A stretch of 64,000 nt of DNA, from assembly GCA_016202645.1 (NCBI GenBank), contig JACQOF010000146.1, positions 620 through 64,619 on the forward strand, given 5' to 3'. The notes below the pieces were generated by a model. It did not search any database. It was not told where the DNA came from and saw nothing but the letters and a program-made list of their open reading frames with translations. This DNA comes from a bacterium (GTDB taxonomy: Bacteria > Lindowbacteria > 2-12-FULL-62-27). How positions within the stretch are numbered: position 1 is the first letter of the stretch; each line of letters begins with the position of its first letter. Positions 33,533 to 41,382 of this stretch are shown here, in pieces. The translations under genes and the position numbers were made by a program.

Positions 33533-34797
33533 CCGATCCCGGCGTTGAACTTGTCGTTGTCCCGCGTCGACGAATCGGCATCCTTGAAGCTGGTGTAGTC
33601 GAATTTGACGGCCAGGTTCTGCACCGGCTTGAACGTGATGCCGTAGACCCACTGCTCGCGGTCCCGGTTGTTCTGGGCGGTGTTTGTCGAGTTCGACGGC
33701 ATTTTCTCGGCCGTGTCGTACTTCTCAAACCGGACAAACCCCGCCAGACCTGCGTCGCGCAGAAGTCCCTCGCGGTCGCCCGGCTGAATCAGCCAGTAAG
33801 CGCCCTGCGCGTACCAGCCTTCAAGCCGTTCCGCCTGGTCGGTTCCCGTCAGGGTCTTGAGCGCCGCGGCGCCGTCGACGTCGAACTGCGTCCACTCCCC
33901 CACAAAATCGATCCGGTCCTGCTTGTAGCGCGCGTCGAACGCAAGTCCCGTGATGTCCGGCTTGCCGCCCGAATCACTGACCTTGTCCCCCGCGTCCCCT
34001 CCATAATAAGAGAACCCAAGATTGAGCGGGTAGCGCTCGACGGCGTAATCGAGGCGCCCGGCGATGCCGATGTCAAAGACATTGCCGTTCGACTCCGCGC
34101 CGAACTGTTTCTGCCTGTTGTTCCGAAGACCGTCCGTTCCGAGCGTGAGGGCCGGCGTGGTGTTGTCATTCTGCGCGGCGATGAACTGCAGGGCGTTGAT
34201 CGCGTAGACCTGATATTTCAGGCCGGCCGTCAGGTTTCCGAAAAATCCGGCGCCCGCCGCGAACCAGGTGGACGGGATGATCTTGTTGTCCACGTCCGGC
34301 CGCTCCACGCCGTGAAACGTCGGGGGCTCGTGGAACTGGTTGATGACGCCCATCGGCACCACGATGACCCCGGAGCGGATGCCGAAGTCCTCTTTCGGCG
34401 TAAACTCAAGATAAGCCTGCTCGAGTTCGAATTCCCCGTGCCGGTCCCGGATGAAGGAATGCTCGAACTCCAATTCCGAATGAAACTGAATCCAGTCGTT
34501 GAAGCGGTGTCCCACATACAGGACATACCTGTGAAAATCGAGATTCTCTCCGTCGCCGTCCTGAGTCGAGAGATAGTGCATTTCCATGTAGCCGCCCATG
34601 CGGGTTTTCTGCACCGCGCCGTATTGAACCCCGCTCGCGCCCGTCCCGAGCTTTTTCATCTCCTCGATCTCCCGCGAAAGCACGTCAATGCGCCGCTCCA
34701 GATCGTCGGTCGACGCCGCCCGGGCGGGCGCCGCCCCCCACAGGGCGGCCAGGACCAGGGCGCCCAGAGCCGCCCCGAATCGTTTGAATGCCGTCAT
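33520..34797 (-). CDS. Putative outer-membrane porin (beta-barrel with N-terminal coiled-coil)
   Basis: Signal peptide ending 'APARA'. Short coiled-coil 'LERRIDVLSREIEEMKK', as in OprO/P-type porins. Alternating strand pattern. C-terminal '...AGIGWQF'. Confidence 0.65.
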   Translation of the reverse strand: MTAFKRFGAALGALVLAALWGAAPARAASTDDLERRIDVLSREIEEMKKLGTGASGVQYGAVQKTRMGGYMEMHYLSTQDGDGENLDFHRYVLYVGHRFNDWIQFHSELEFEHSFIRDRHGEFELEQAYLEFTPKEDFGIRSGVIVVPMGVINQFHEPPTFHGVERPDVDNKIIPSTWFAAGAGFFGNLTAGLKYQVYAINALQFIAAQNDNTTPALTLGTDGLRNNRQKQFGAESNGNVFDIGIAGRLDYAVERYPLNLGFSYYGGDAGDKVSDSGGKPDITGLAFDARYKQDRIDFVGEWTQFDVDGAAALKTLTGTDQAERLEGWYAQGAYWLIQPGDREGLLRDAGLAGFVRFEKYDTAEKMPSNSTNTAQNNRDREQWVYGITFKPVQNLAVKFDYTSFKDADSSTRDNDKFNAGIGWQF

Positions 34798-34837
34798 GCG
34801 ATAAACCCTCCTTTACCGTAGTTACTATCCTGAAAAC

Positions 34838-34877
34838 TTGATTGATAGATTCAATCAAAGTTAGAGGGTTCTAACTT
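34838..34877. promoter_or_regulatory. Two abutting perfect palindromes in the AT-rich region upstream of the porin operon (candidate operators)
   Basis: TTGATTGA-tagat-TCAATCAA (34838-34858) and AAGTTAGA-gggt-TCTAACTT (34858-34877), 41-80 nt upstream of the porin ATG (34797, minus strand). This is the only markedly AT-rich tract nearby. Confidence 0.45.
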
Positions 34878-34952
34878 CTTGAGAAGGTCTTGTCAATATT
34901 TTCTATTAAAAATATTTTTGGGTGGGATGGACCGAAGGGGGCGCCATAAAAG

Positions 34953-35017
34953 ACGGCTCCAACCGCCAGGCGGCCGGAGCCGTTGGTAAGGTTTTTGACC
35001 TTACCGGCAAAGAGGGG
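34953..35017. repeat. Double-hairpin element, family C (copy C2)
   Basis: ACGGCTCC...GGAGCCGT, then GGTAAGGT-ttttg-ACCTTACC, then GGCAAAGAGGGG. Confidence 0.6.
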
Positions 35018-35078
35018 TTTTCCAAGCGCATTTTACCGAATCCCCGGATCAAAATCCAATGTCATATCAGCGGTGGTT

Positions 35079-35146
35079 GGGAGGGGGGTTTATCCCATCG
35101 AGAGTACCGGTTCACCCCCCTCCTGCCCTCCCCCTCAAGGGGGGAG
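35079..35146. repeat. G/C-tract palindromic element, family B (copy B2)
   Basis: GGGAGGGGGGT ... ACCCCCCTCC-tgc-CCTCCCCC-TCAA-GGGGGGAGG. Confidence 0.8.
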
Positions 35147-35209
35147 GAACTTGTAGGCCGCTTGAAAATCCTCCCGCCGGGGAGTATGTTTAGAGCGAGG
35201 TGAACGGGC

Positions 35210-35461
35210 GTGGATATTGAGGCCATCAAAAATCGGATATCGGGGGCGATCCCGGAATCGCAGGTGTGGGCGGAAGACCTTCAGGGCGGGGACCACGTGT
35301 CGGTGACAGTGGTGTCGTCGGCGTTTGAGGGGAAATCCCGGATCCAACAGCACCAGATGGTCTATGCGCTCTTTAAATCCGAAATGGCCACCGAGGACAT
35401 CCACGCGATGGCGCTCAAGACCCTGACGCCCCGGGAGCATGCCGCCCAGACGGGCGGATAA
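35210..35461 (+). CDS. BolA-family protein
   Basis: 'DLQGGDHVSVTVVSSAFEGKSRIQQHQMVYALFKSEMATEDIHAMALKTLTP'. Confidence 0.85.
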   Translation: MDIEAIKNRISGAIPESQVWAEDLQGGDHVSVTVVSSAFEGKSRIQQHQMVYALFKSEMATEDIHAMALKTLTPREHAAQTGG

Positions 35462-35482
35462 CCGAACGAAGGAGGACGGATC

Positions 35483-35806
35483 ATGGCTGAGGACATCATG
35501 GACCGGATCAAGAAGGACATCGAGTCGAACAAGATCATTCTGTACATCAAGGGGACGAAGGAGCAGCCGATGTGCGGATTTTCCGCGCAGGCGGTCGCGA
35601 TTTTTTCACAGCTCGGCGTTCCCTTCGAAACCCGCGACGTTCTGGACGGGTCGGGCCTTCGGGAAGCCCTCCCCCAGCACTCCAACTGGCCGACGTTCCC
35701 GCAGGTTTTTGTCAACGGCGAGCTCGTCGGCGGATGCGACATCGTCACGGAGATGTACGAAAAAGGGGAATTGCAGCCTTTGGTTCAAAAGGCGATTGCC
35801 GGTTGA
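35483..35806 (+). CDS. grxD: Monothiol (CGFS) glutaredoxin, Grx4 family
   Basis: 'ILYIKGTKEQPMCGFSAQAV...WPTFPQVFVNGELVGGCDIV'. Confidence 0.9.
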   Translation: MAEDIMDRIKKDIESNKIILYIKGTKEQPMCGFSAQAVAIFSQLGVPFETRDVLDGSGLREALPQHSNWPTFPQVFVNGELVGGCDIVTEMYEKGELQPLVQKAIAG

Positions 35807-35824
35807 CGCGCTGCCGACAGATAT

Positions 35825-35861
35825 CCCCCCTCCCACCCTCCCCCTCAAGGGGGGAGGAGGG
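35825..35861. repeat. G/C-tract palindromic element, family B (copy B3, partial)
   Basis: CCCCCCTCC-cac-CCTCCCCC-TCAA-GGGGGGAGGAGG, 24 nt upstream of the acyl-CoA dehydrogenase start. Confidence 0.8.
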
Positions 35862-35885
35862 AATTAAAAGCGCTGGAGTCAATAA

Positions 35886-37757
35886 ATGACTGAACCGGGC
35901 CCCCGCAATTCCTCTGTCTCGCGCGATGAGGCGATGGCCGTCGCCGAGGCCGCGCGCGAGTCGGAGTGGGAACACCCGTCTTTCGCGGCGGAACTTTTTA
36001 TGGGACGCTTCCGGCCCGATCTGATTTTTCCCTATCCTCTCCAGAATGACGCTGACAAAAAAATCGGGGACGAATTTCTGGGGCGCCTCGAGCTGTTTCT
36101 CCGGGAGCATCTCGACCCGGACGAGGTCGACCGCACGCACGAAATTCCCGTCGAAACCATCAAGGGTCTGGCGGAACTGGGATGCTTCGCGATGAAAATC
36201 CCGAAATCCTACGGCGGCCTCGGGCTTTCCCAGGTCAACTACAACCGCGCCGTCGCGCTCGTCGCGTCCTATTGCGGCTCGACGGCGGTGTGGCTCTCGG
36301 CCCACCAGTCCATCGGCGTGCCTCAGCCGCTGAAACTCTTCGGGACGGAAGCACAGAAAAAAAAATATTTCCCGCTGTTCGCGAAGGGATTCATTTCCGC
36401 CTTCGCCCTGACCGAGCCGGACGTCGGGTCCGACCCGGCCCGGATGGCGACCACCGCAACGCCCAACGAGGACAAAAGCGAGTGGACCATCAACGGCGAC
36501 AAGCTCTGGTGCACGAACGGCCCCGTGGCCGACCTCATCGCCGTCATGGCCCGGACGCCGGACCGGATCGTCGGCGGGAAAGCCCGGCGGCAGATCACAG
36601 CGTTCATCGTCGAGCGCGACCGGCCGGGCATCGAAGTCATTCACCGCTGCGAGTTCATGGGATTGAACGGCATTCAAAACGGGCTTCTGAGGTTCACCAA
36701 CGTCAAAGTCCCCGCGGAAAATATTCTCTGGGAGGAAGGCAAGGGACTGAAACTCGCGCTCGTCACCCTCAATACAGGACGGCTCACGCTTCCCGCCGCC
36801 TGCGTCGGGATGGCCAAACAGTGCCTGCACTGGGTCCGGGAGTGGTCCAACGAACGCGTCCAGTGGGGCGCCCCGATCGGCCGGCACGAATCGATCGCGC
36901 AGAAAATCGGCTGGATGGCGTCGACGACCTTTGCCATGGAAGCCGTCACCTACTACGCGTCGGCTCTGGCCGACCGCGGCGACGCGGATATTCGCCTCGA
37001 AGCCGCGCTGGCCAAGATGTTCTGCTCGGAGGCGGCGTGGCGGATCGCGGACGAGACGGTCCAGATCCGGGGTGGCCGGGGATATGAGACATCGCGGAGC
37101 CTGCGCGCGCGCGGCGAAAAGGCAATCCCGGCCGAGCGGGCCCTTCGGGACGCGCGCATCAACACCATCATCGAGGGGTCCAGCGAAATCATGCGGCTCT
37201 TTATCGCGCGGGAGGCCGTGGATCCCCACATGCGGCTGGCTGGAGACATCTTCAAGCCCGGCGTTTCCCTTTCAGAAAAATTCCGGATGGCGGGGCGCGC
37301 CGCCCGATTCTACACGACGTGGTATCCGGCGCTCTGGGTCCACACGGCCTGGCCGCCCAAATACATGGCGACCGCCGGACCTCTCGCCAAACATCTCCGG
37401 TTCGCTCACCGCCAGACCCGGAAACTCGCCCGGACGATCTTCCACGCCATGGCGCGGTTCGGCCCGTCCCTTGAAAAGCATCAGGCGGTCCTGAACCGCA
37501 TCGTCGATATCGGATCGGAACTCTTCGCGATATCCGCGGCCGTGTCCTACGCCCGCGCCATGGTCGAAAAAAATCCGAAAGACAAAACGCCCATCGACCT
37601 CGCCGACCTTTTTTGCCGCCAGTCCCGCCGGCGCGTCCGGGCTCTCGGCTGTGCGATCTGGTGCCACGACGACGCGCGCACGTATCGCCTCGCACGAAAC
37701 GTCCTGGACGGGAAGATGGCGTGGCTGGAGGCGGGGGCGATTGGGGAGACGCCGTGA
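35886..37757 (+). CDS. Long-form acyl-CoA dehydrogenase family protein
   Basis: 'FALTEPDVGSDPARM', 'NGDKLWCTNG', 'AKMFCSEAAWRIADETVQIRGGRGYE', 'RINTIIEGSSEIMR', plus a ~170-aa C-terminal extension. Confidence 0.85.
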   Translation: MTEPGPRNSSVSRDEAMAVAEAARESEWEHPSFAAELFMGRFRPDLIFPYPLQNDADKKIGDEFLGRLELFLREHLDPDEVDRTHEIPVETIKGLAELGCFAMKIPKSYGGLGLSQVNYNRAVALVASYCGSTAVWLSAHQSIGVPQPLKLFGTEAQKKKYFPLFAKGFISAFALTEPDVGSDPARMATTATPNEDKSEWTINGDKLWCTNGPVADLIAVMARTPDRIVGGKARRQITAFIVERDRPGIEVIHRCEFMGLNGIQNGLLRFTNVKVPAENILWEEGKGLKLALVTLNTGRLTLPAACVGMAKQCLHWVREWSNERVQWGAPIGRHESIAQKIGWMASTTFAMEAVTYYASALADRGDADIRLEAALAKMFCSEAAWRIADETVQIRGGRGYETSRSLRARGEKAIPAERALRDARINTIIEGSSEIMRLFIAREAVDPHMRLAGDIFKPGVSLSEKFRMAGRAARFYTTWYPALWVHTAWPPKYMATAGPLAKHLRFAHRQTRKLARTIFHAMARFGPSLEKHQAVLNRIVDIGSELFAISAAVSYARAMVEKNPKDKTPIDLADLFCRQSRRRVRALGCAIWCHDDARTYRLARNVLDGKMAWLEAGAIGETP

Positions 37758-37811
37758 ATATCCATCATCTCTCAGCCCACAGCCCCCATCGGTCGGCCAT
37801 CAGCCCTCTAC

Positions 37812-37882
37812 GTCATTCCCGCGAAAGCGGGAATCCAGCCTGCTTCAGTATTGATCTGGATTCCCGCTTTCGCGGGAATGAC
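37812..37882. repeat. Palindromic interspersed element, family A (copy A2, short loop)
   Basis: GTCATTCCCGCGAAAGCGGGAATCCAG-cctgcttcagtattgat-CTGGATTCCCGCTTTCGCGGGAATGAC. Confidence 0.85.
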
Positions 37883-37924
37883 GACCTGAACGGTTATTGG
37901 TTGAAGGCTGAAAGCTGAGGGCTG

Positions 37925-38482
37925 ATGGCTTCCAATTACGATCAGTGGCGTTCCGAACTCAACCGGTTCCTGGGCAGCGGCGAAAAATTGCTGGTCATCC
38001 CCTACGACGGCCCCGACCTGAACCCGCGCCGGTTCTGGCACCGGCTGATCAAACGCAGTCCGCTGCGGTTTCTGCTTCAGATCACCGTGGTCTCGCTGAC
38101 GACCTACATGCCGGCCGGCGAATTCAAAAATTCCCTGCTCCGGCTTATCGGCATGAACATCGGCAAGGATGCCTTTATCGCGTCGGGGGTGATGTTTGAC
38201 GTCGAGTTTCCGACCCTTATCACCATCGGCCCCGGCGCCATCATCGGGACGATGACCAAGATTTTGACCCACGAGGTTACCATCCGGTCGGTCCGGGTCG
38301 GCCGGATCGACATTGGCCGGCAGGCTGTGATTGGCGTCGGGTGCGTTCTAAGGTCGGGCGTCTCCATCGGCGACGGCGCGGTGGTGTCGATGCAGTCTTT
38401 CGTGAACAAGGACGTGGATCCGGCAACCTTCGCGGGCGGCAAACCGGCCGAACCGATCAAGAAACTCGACCGGCTGGTCTGA
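37925..38482 (+). CDS. Hexapeptide-repeat (left-handed beta-helix) acyltransferase
   Basis: 'IGMNIGKDAFIASGVMFDV...ITIGPGAIIG...IDIGRQAVIGVGCVLRSGVSIGDGAVV' shows imperfect hexapeptide periodicity. Confidence 0.7.
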   Translation: MASNYDQWRSELNRFLGSGEKLLVIPYDGPDLNPRRFWHRLIKRSPLRFLLQITVVSLTTYMPAGEFKNSLLRLIGMNIGKDAFIASGVMFDVEFPTLITIGPGAIIGTMTKILTHEVTIRSVRVGRIDIGRQAVIGVGCVLRSGVSIGDGAVVSMQSFVNKDVDPATFAGGKPAEPIKKLDRLV

Positions 38483-38489
38483 TTTTTTC

Positions 38490-39161
38490 CTAGTGGTGTC
38501 CCCCCGGTTTGCCTTTCTCCCTTTCTCCCTTTCTCCCTTTCTCCCTCCCCAAAGGAGCGGGATCATGCCGGATTCTCGGCAACAATTCCGTAAAATTGCA
38601 CGGCCGGTGCCGGATATCGATCTGGTCGAGGATGATCTTGTCCATGGCCAGCCGCACCGCGCCGGTTGAGCCTGGCAGGACAAACACGAGGGTGTCGCCT
38701 ACGAGCCCCGCGTCGGCGCGGGACTGGATGGTCGATGTGCCGATCTCGGCGTAGGAAAGATGCCGAAAGAGCTCGCCGAATCCCGGAATGTGTTTGGTGT
38801 AGAGCGGCCGGATGGCGTCCGGCGTGATGTCGCGCTGAGTGACGCCGGTGCCGCCGGTCACGATGATGAAATCGACCTTGGGGTTTTTGACCCAAGTCTT
38901 GACCACGCGCCGAACGGCCTTCACATCATCCCGGCAGACGGCCCGATCCGCCAGAAGATGCCCGGCCTGCGACAGCCTGTCGGCGATGATCGCGCCGGAT
39001 TTGTCAGTCGTAAGGTCCCGGCTGTCGCTGACGGCAAGGACCGCGACCTGAACCGGCACGAACTCCTGCGGCAAGCCGTGTGCGTGCGGCCCTTCGCTGT
39101 GTTGGGATTTGGGATTTGGGATTTCGTTGGGATTTAGAATTTCGGATTTAGGATTTTCCAA
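38490..39161 (-). CDS. moaB: MogA/MoaB-family molybdenum cofactor biosynthesis protein
   Basis: '[10 protein letters not shown]...[20 protein letters not shown]...PGFGELFR...[15 protein letters not shown]'. The tracked start (TTG 39161) and the C-terminal tail are both encoded by short tandem repeats. An internal TTG (…GLPQEF) is an alternative start. Confidence 0.8.
   Translation of the reverse strand: MENPKSEILNPNEIPNPKSQHSEGPHAHGLPQEFVPVQVAVLAVSDSRDLTTDKSGAIIADRLSQAGHLLADRAVCRDDVKAVRRVVKTWVKNPKVDFIIVTGGTGVTQRDITPDAIRPLYTKHIPGFGELFRHLSYAEIGTSTIQSRADAGLVGDTLVFVLPGSTGAVRLAMDKIILDQIDIRHRPCNFTELLPRIRHDPAPLGREKGRKGEREKGKPGGHH
38514..38545. repeat. Octamer array TTTCTCCC x4 (array E1)
   Basis: Read directly. 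It is the reverse complement of array E2 at 42791-42822. It encodes the '...[11 protein letters not shown]...' tail of the moaB ORF. Confidence 0.9.
39104..39157. repeat. Degenerate heptamer array (GGGATTT)n
   Basis: GGGATTT GGGATTT GGGATTT cgtt GGGATTT AGAATTT cGGATTT aGGATTTT, at the ferredoxin/moaB junction. Confidence 0.8.
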
Positions 39162-39524
39162 TCAGGGTTTGACCGGCCCGAATCGCGCCTCGTACTCCTC
39201 CGAAGGCACCATAACGATGGCGTCCCAGGGACAGCCTTCGAGGAACGTGTCGCTCGGGCCCTGGGTCGTGCATTTTTTACAGCCGATGCAGAGGTTTGGA
39301 TCGACGGCGATCGTGCCGAAGGGCGGATGATTTTTGTCCGGCACCCAGTACATGCAGGTATCGATCGGACAGTACTGGATGCAGGCGGGCGCGCCGGAAC
39401 AGCCGGTACAGCTTTCGATGATCAAGGCAATCTGTTTGGGTTTCTTCTTCCGCGTGCTCTTGCCGTCGCCCGGGGCCATGGGGAACGTTTTTTCAAGCGC
39501 CCCCGTCAATGCTGTGGTTTCCAT
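39162..39524 (-). CDS. 4Fe-4S dicluster ferredoxin-domain protein
   Basis: 'CTGCSGAPACIQYCP' and 'CIGCKKC...GCPWDAI' cysteine clusters. Confidence 0.8.
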   Translation of the reverse strand: METTALTGALEKTFPMAPGDGKSTRKKKPKQIALIIESCTGCSGAPACIQYCPIDTCMYWVPDKNHPPFGTIAVDPNLCIGCKKCTTQGPSDTFLEGCPWDAIVMVPSEEYEARFGPVKP

Positions 39525-39542
39525 AACGATTCAGATCCCTCC

Positions 39543-39641
39543 GTCATTCCCGCGAACGCGGGAATCCAGGCTGCCCTGCGATTGGTCTGGATGTCTGCCG
39601 GAGTTTACCCCGTGCTGGATTCCCGCTTTCGCGGGAATGAC
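39543..39641. repeat. Palindromic interspersed element, family A (full copy A3)
   Basis: GTCATTCCCGCGAACGCGGGAATCCAG ... CTGGATTCCCGCTTTCGCGGGAATGAC. The loop and right tail are near-identical to A1. Confidence 0.85.
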
Positions 39642-39691
39642 GGATACAGGGCGGGCATGACAACCTGAATCGCTACTGGATTCCATTGCTT

Positions 39692-40879
39692 CTATGGGCT
39701 GGTGGGGTGCGACGGCGGCTGTCCGAAGAGGTCGACTTCCTCGTCTGTCCCGCCGACAGACTGAACGGTTGTCTCCAATATCTCAAAAGAGAGTTCTTCC
39801 GACGTTGAATTCTCAACGGCCGCCTCCGAAACCGGCTCGTCGGAAACTTCCGTGGTCACCGTCGCCGCCACCTCCTCGGCGGCGGTCGTACCCGAGGGCA
39901 AGATATCCGGCTGGACATTCTCCAGGATAAATACGTCCGGTTCTCTGACTGCCTCGATGTCCGTGGCATCCTGCACCGCCGCCTCCTCCCCGTCGCCGAT
40001 GACGATCTCTTCGCCGCCCGCAAGCTCCTCAAATGAGAGCGCCTCCCCCGGCTCCATCATCGCCGCCGCATCCTCGGCCGGTGCTCCCTCCTCGGAAGGC
40101 GCCGCCGCGGCATCCTCTCCGGCTACCTGGTTGTCCATGACGGATCCAAGCCATTGGTCGAGCGCTTCAGCAACAGCCGGCGCGGCCGCTCCGGGCCCTC
40201 CGCCGGCCGCCGCCGTGGCGGCTTCGGACACCGCGCCGCCCGCGCCCTCCGCGCCGGCGCCGGCCGGGGGCGCCGCCGGTGCGACCCCGAGCGCCATCTG
40301 GACCGCGGGCGGCAGGTTGGCCGGGTCGGACTGCCTCATGGTTCCCTCGCCGTCCTGGATCTTGCATTCGGTCCCGAATCCCTCGCCGAAACTGATTTCC
40401 TGCTGTGTTCCCCGAATGCCCGCGACCGCGGTTGGCGTCGTCACGGTGAACCGGTTGGTCTTGCCGCCCACCTGATCGGCCTTCGATACAATCTTGCCGA
40501 CCGACAAAAAGAGTTCCGTCTGAAATTCATTGCCGCTTTCGATGGCTCGCCCGACGACGAATTGGGTGAGGGGTTTGATTTCGGTGACACTGTTGGCGAA
40601 TTTAAGAAGGGCGGAGCCATCGATGCCGCTGTTGATCTGGTCCCCGGACTTGATGGACATGCCCGGCGTTGCCTTGACCCAATCCGCGGTGGCCCGCGGT
40701 TGGACTTCAACCAGACCATTGACTTCCATCAGAGTCCCGGTCATGGCGGTTTTTTGTTCCGCCGCCAGGGCCGGAAACCCGCCGGCCATCAAAAGGCACA
40801 GCCCGGCAGTGACGAACAAGCGAAGTCCCGCACTCTCTGATGGATCGCGCCGGCCTGTGACATGAGTTTTTTTCGTCAT
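39692..40879 (-). CDS. Secreted FecR-domain protein with an acidic Ala/Glu-rich C-terminal region
   Basis: Signal peptide ending 'PALAAE'. FecR-like core 'VNGLVEVQP...WVKATPGMSIKSGDQINSGIDGSALLKF...FTVTTPTAVAGIRGTQ'. The C-terminal ~190 aa is low-complexity A/E/G. Confidence 0.7.
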   Translation of the reverse strand: MTKKTHVTGRRDPSESAGLRLFVTAGLCLLMAGGFPALAAEQKTAMTGTLMEVNGLVEVQPRATADWVKATPGMSIKSGDQINSGIDGSALLKFANSVTEIKPLTQFVVGRAIESGNEFQTELFLSVGKIVSKADQVGGKTNRFTVTTPTAVAGIRGTQQEISFGEGFGTECKIQDGEGTMRQSDPANLPPAVQMALGVAPAAPPAGAGAEGAGGAVSEAATAAAGGGPGAAAPAVAEALDQWLGSVMDNQVAGEDAAAAPSEEGAPAEDAAAMMEPGEALSFEELAGGEEIVIGDGEEAAVQDATDIEAVREPDVFILENVQPDILPSGTTAAEEVAATVTTEVSDEPVSEAAVENSTSEELSFEILETTVQSVGGTDEEVDLFGQPPSHPTSP

Positions 40880-41382
40880 TTACTTTTCTCCGTCTGTTCG
40901 ACGGCGCGGCCGACCATGGCCATCAGTTCCGCGCCGCTCATGAACTCGTTGGCGTAGCTTCCCGCCGGGAGAAGCTTCTGCGCCATCCCGTCCCGGGCCG
41001 CGAAGCGGCGGCTGCCGGTAAAGATGCGGCCAAAAAGCCCCCGTTTGTCGGCGGCCGACCGCATCGCGTTCAAAAACATATTCGACGCCTCCCCCTTGGT
41101 CAGGGGCTGACGGGCATTCCTTCGAATGCTGCGCGGAAGCCGAACGCCCTCATCATACAAAAATCTCAGTTCGGCGTCCAGCAGATCCTGCCCGCGGTAT
41201 CCCTTGAACCGGGCGACGGCGCGGATGCCGTCCTCATGCGTTGCAACGGGCGCTTTCACAAGGGCTCGAAAAAAATCGTTCCCGCTCTGCGCCCGTGCAC
41301 CGGTTGGAAAAAAGAGAAGCGCAAAAACAAGGATCCTCGCTGCAAAGACAACTCCCCCGCCCTCGTAACTGTACGGATTCAT
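40876..41382 (-). CDS. Small secreted hypothetical protein
   Basis: 168 aa with signal peptide 'ILVFALLFFPTGARAQ'. It has 4-nt start/stop overlaps on both sides. No family recognised. Confidence 0.5.
   Translation of the reverse strand: MNPYSYEGGGVVFAARILVFALLFFPTGARAQSGNDFFRALVKAPVATHEDGIRAVARFKGYRGQDLLDAELRFLYDEGVRLPRSIRRNARQPLTKGEASNMFLNAMRSAADKRGLFGRIFTGSRRFAARDGMAQKLLPAGSYANEFMSGAELMAMVGRAVEQTEKSK

Noticed and set aside
34800-35210. Structured ncRNA, tRNA or riboswitch in the largest intergenic gap; the gaps at 48810-48969, 59446-59580 and 61545-61697 were also considered
   Set aside because: The gap is accounted for by an AT-rich promoter/operator tract plus one family C and one family B element. 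I saw no tRNA cloverleaf or T-loop (GGTTCGA-type) motif and no known riboswitch core.
33460-37229. 453-aa plus-strand ORF opposite the porin gene and 494-aa minus-strand ORF opposite the acyl-CoA dehydrogenase gene
   Set aside because: Antisense shadow ORFs with no motifs. The opposite strands carry clear beta-barrel and ACAD signatures.
40876-41382. SLH (S-layer homology) domain in the 168-aa secreted protein
   Set aside because: Only a vague resemblance ('PLTKGEASNMFLNAM') to the SLH helix. It is not enough to call without a profile search.
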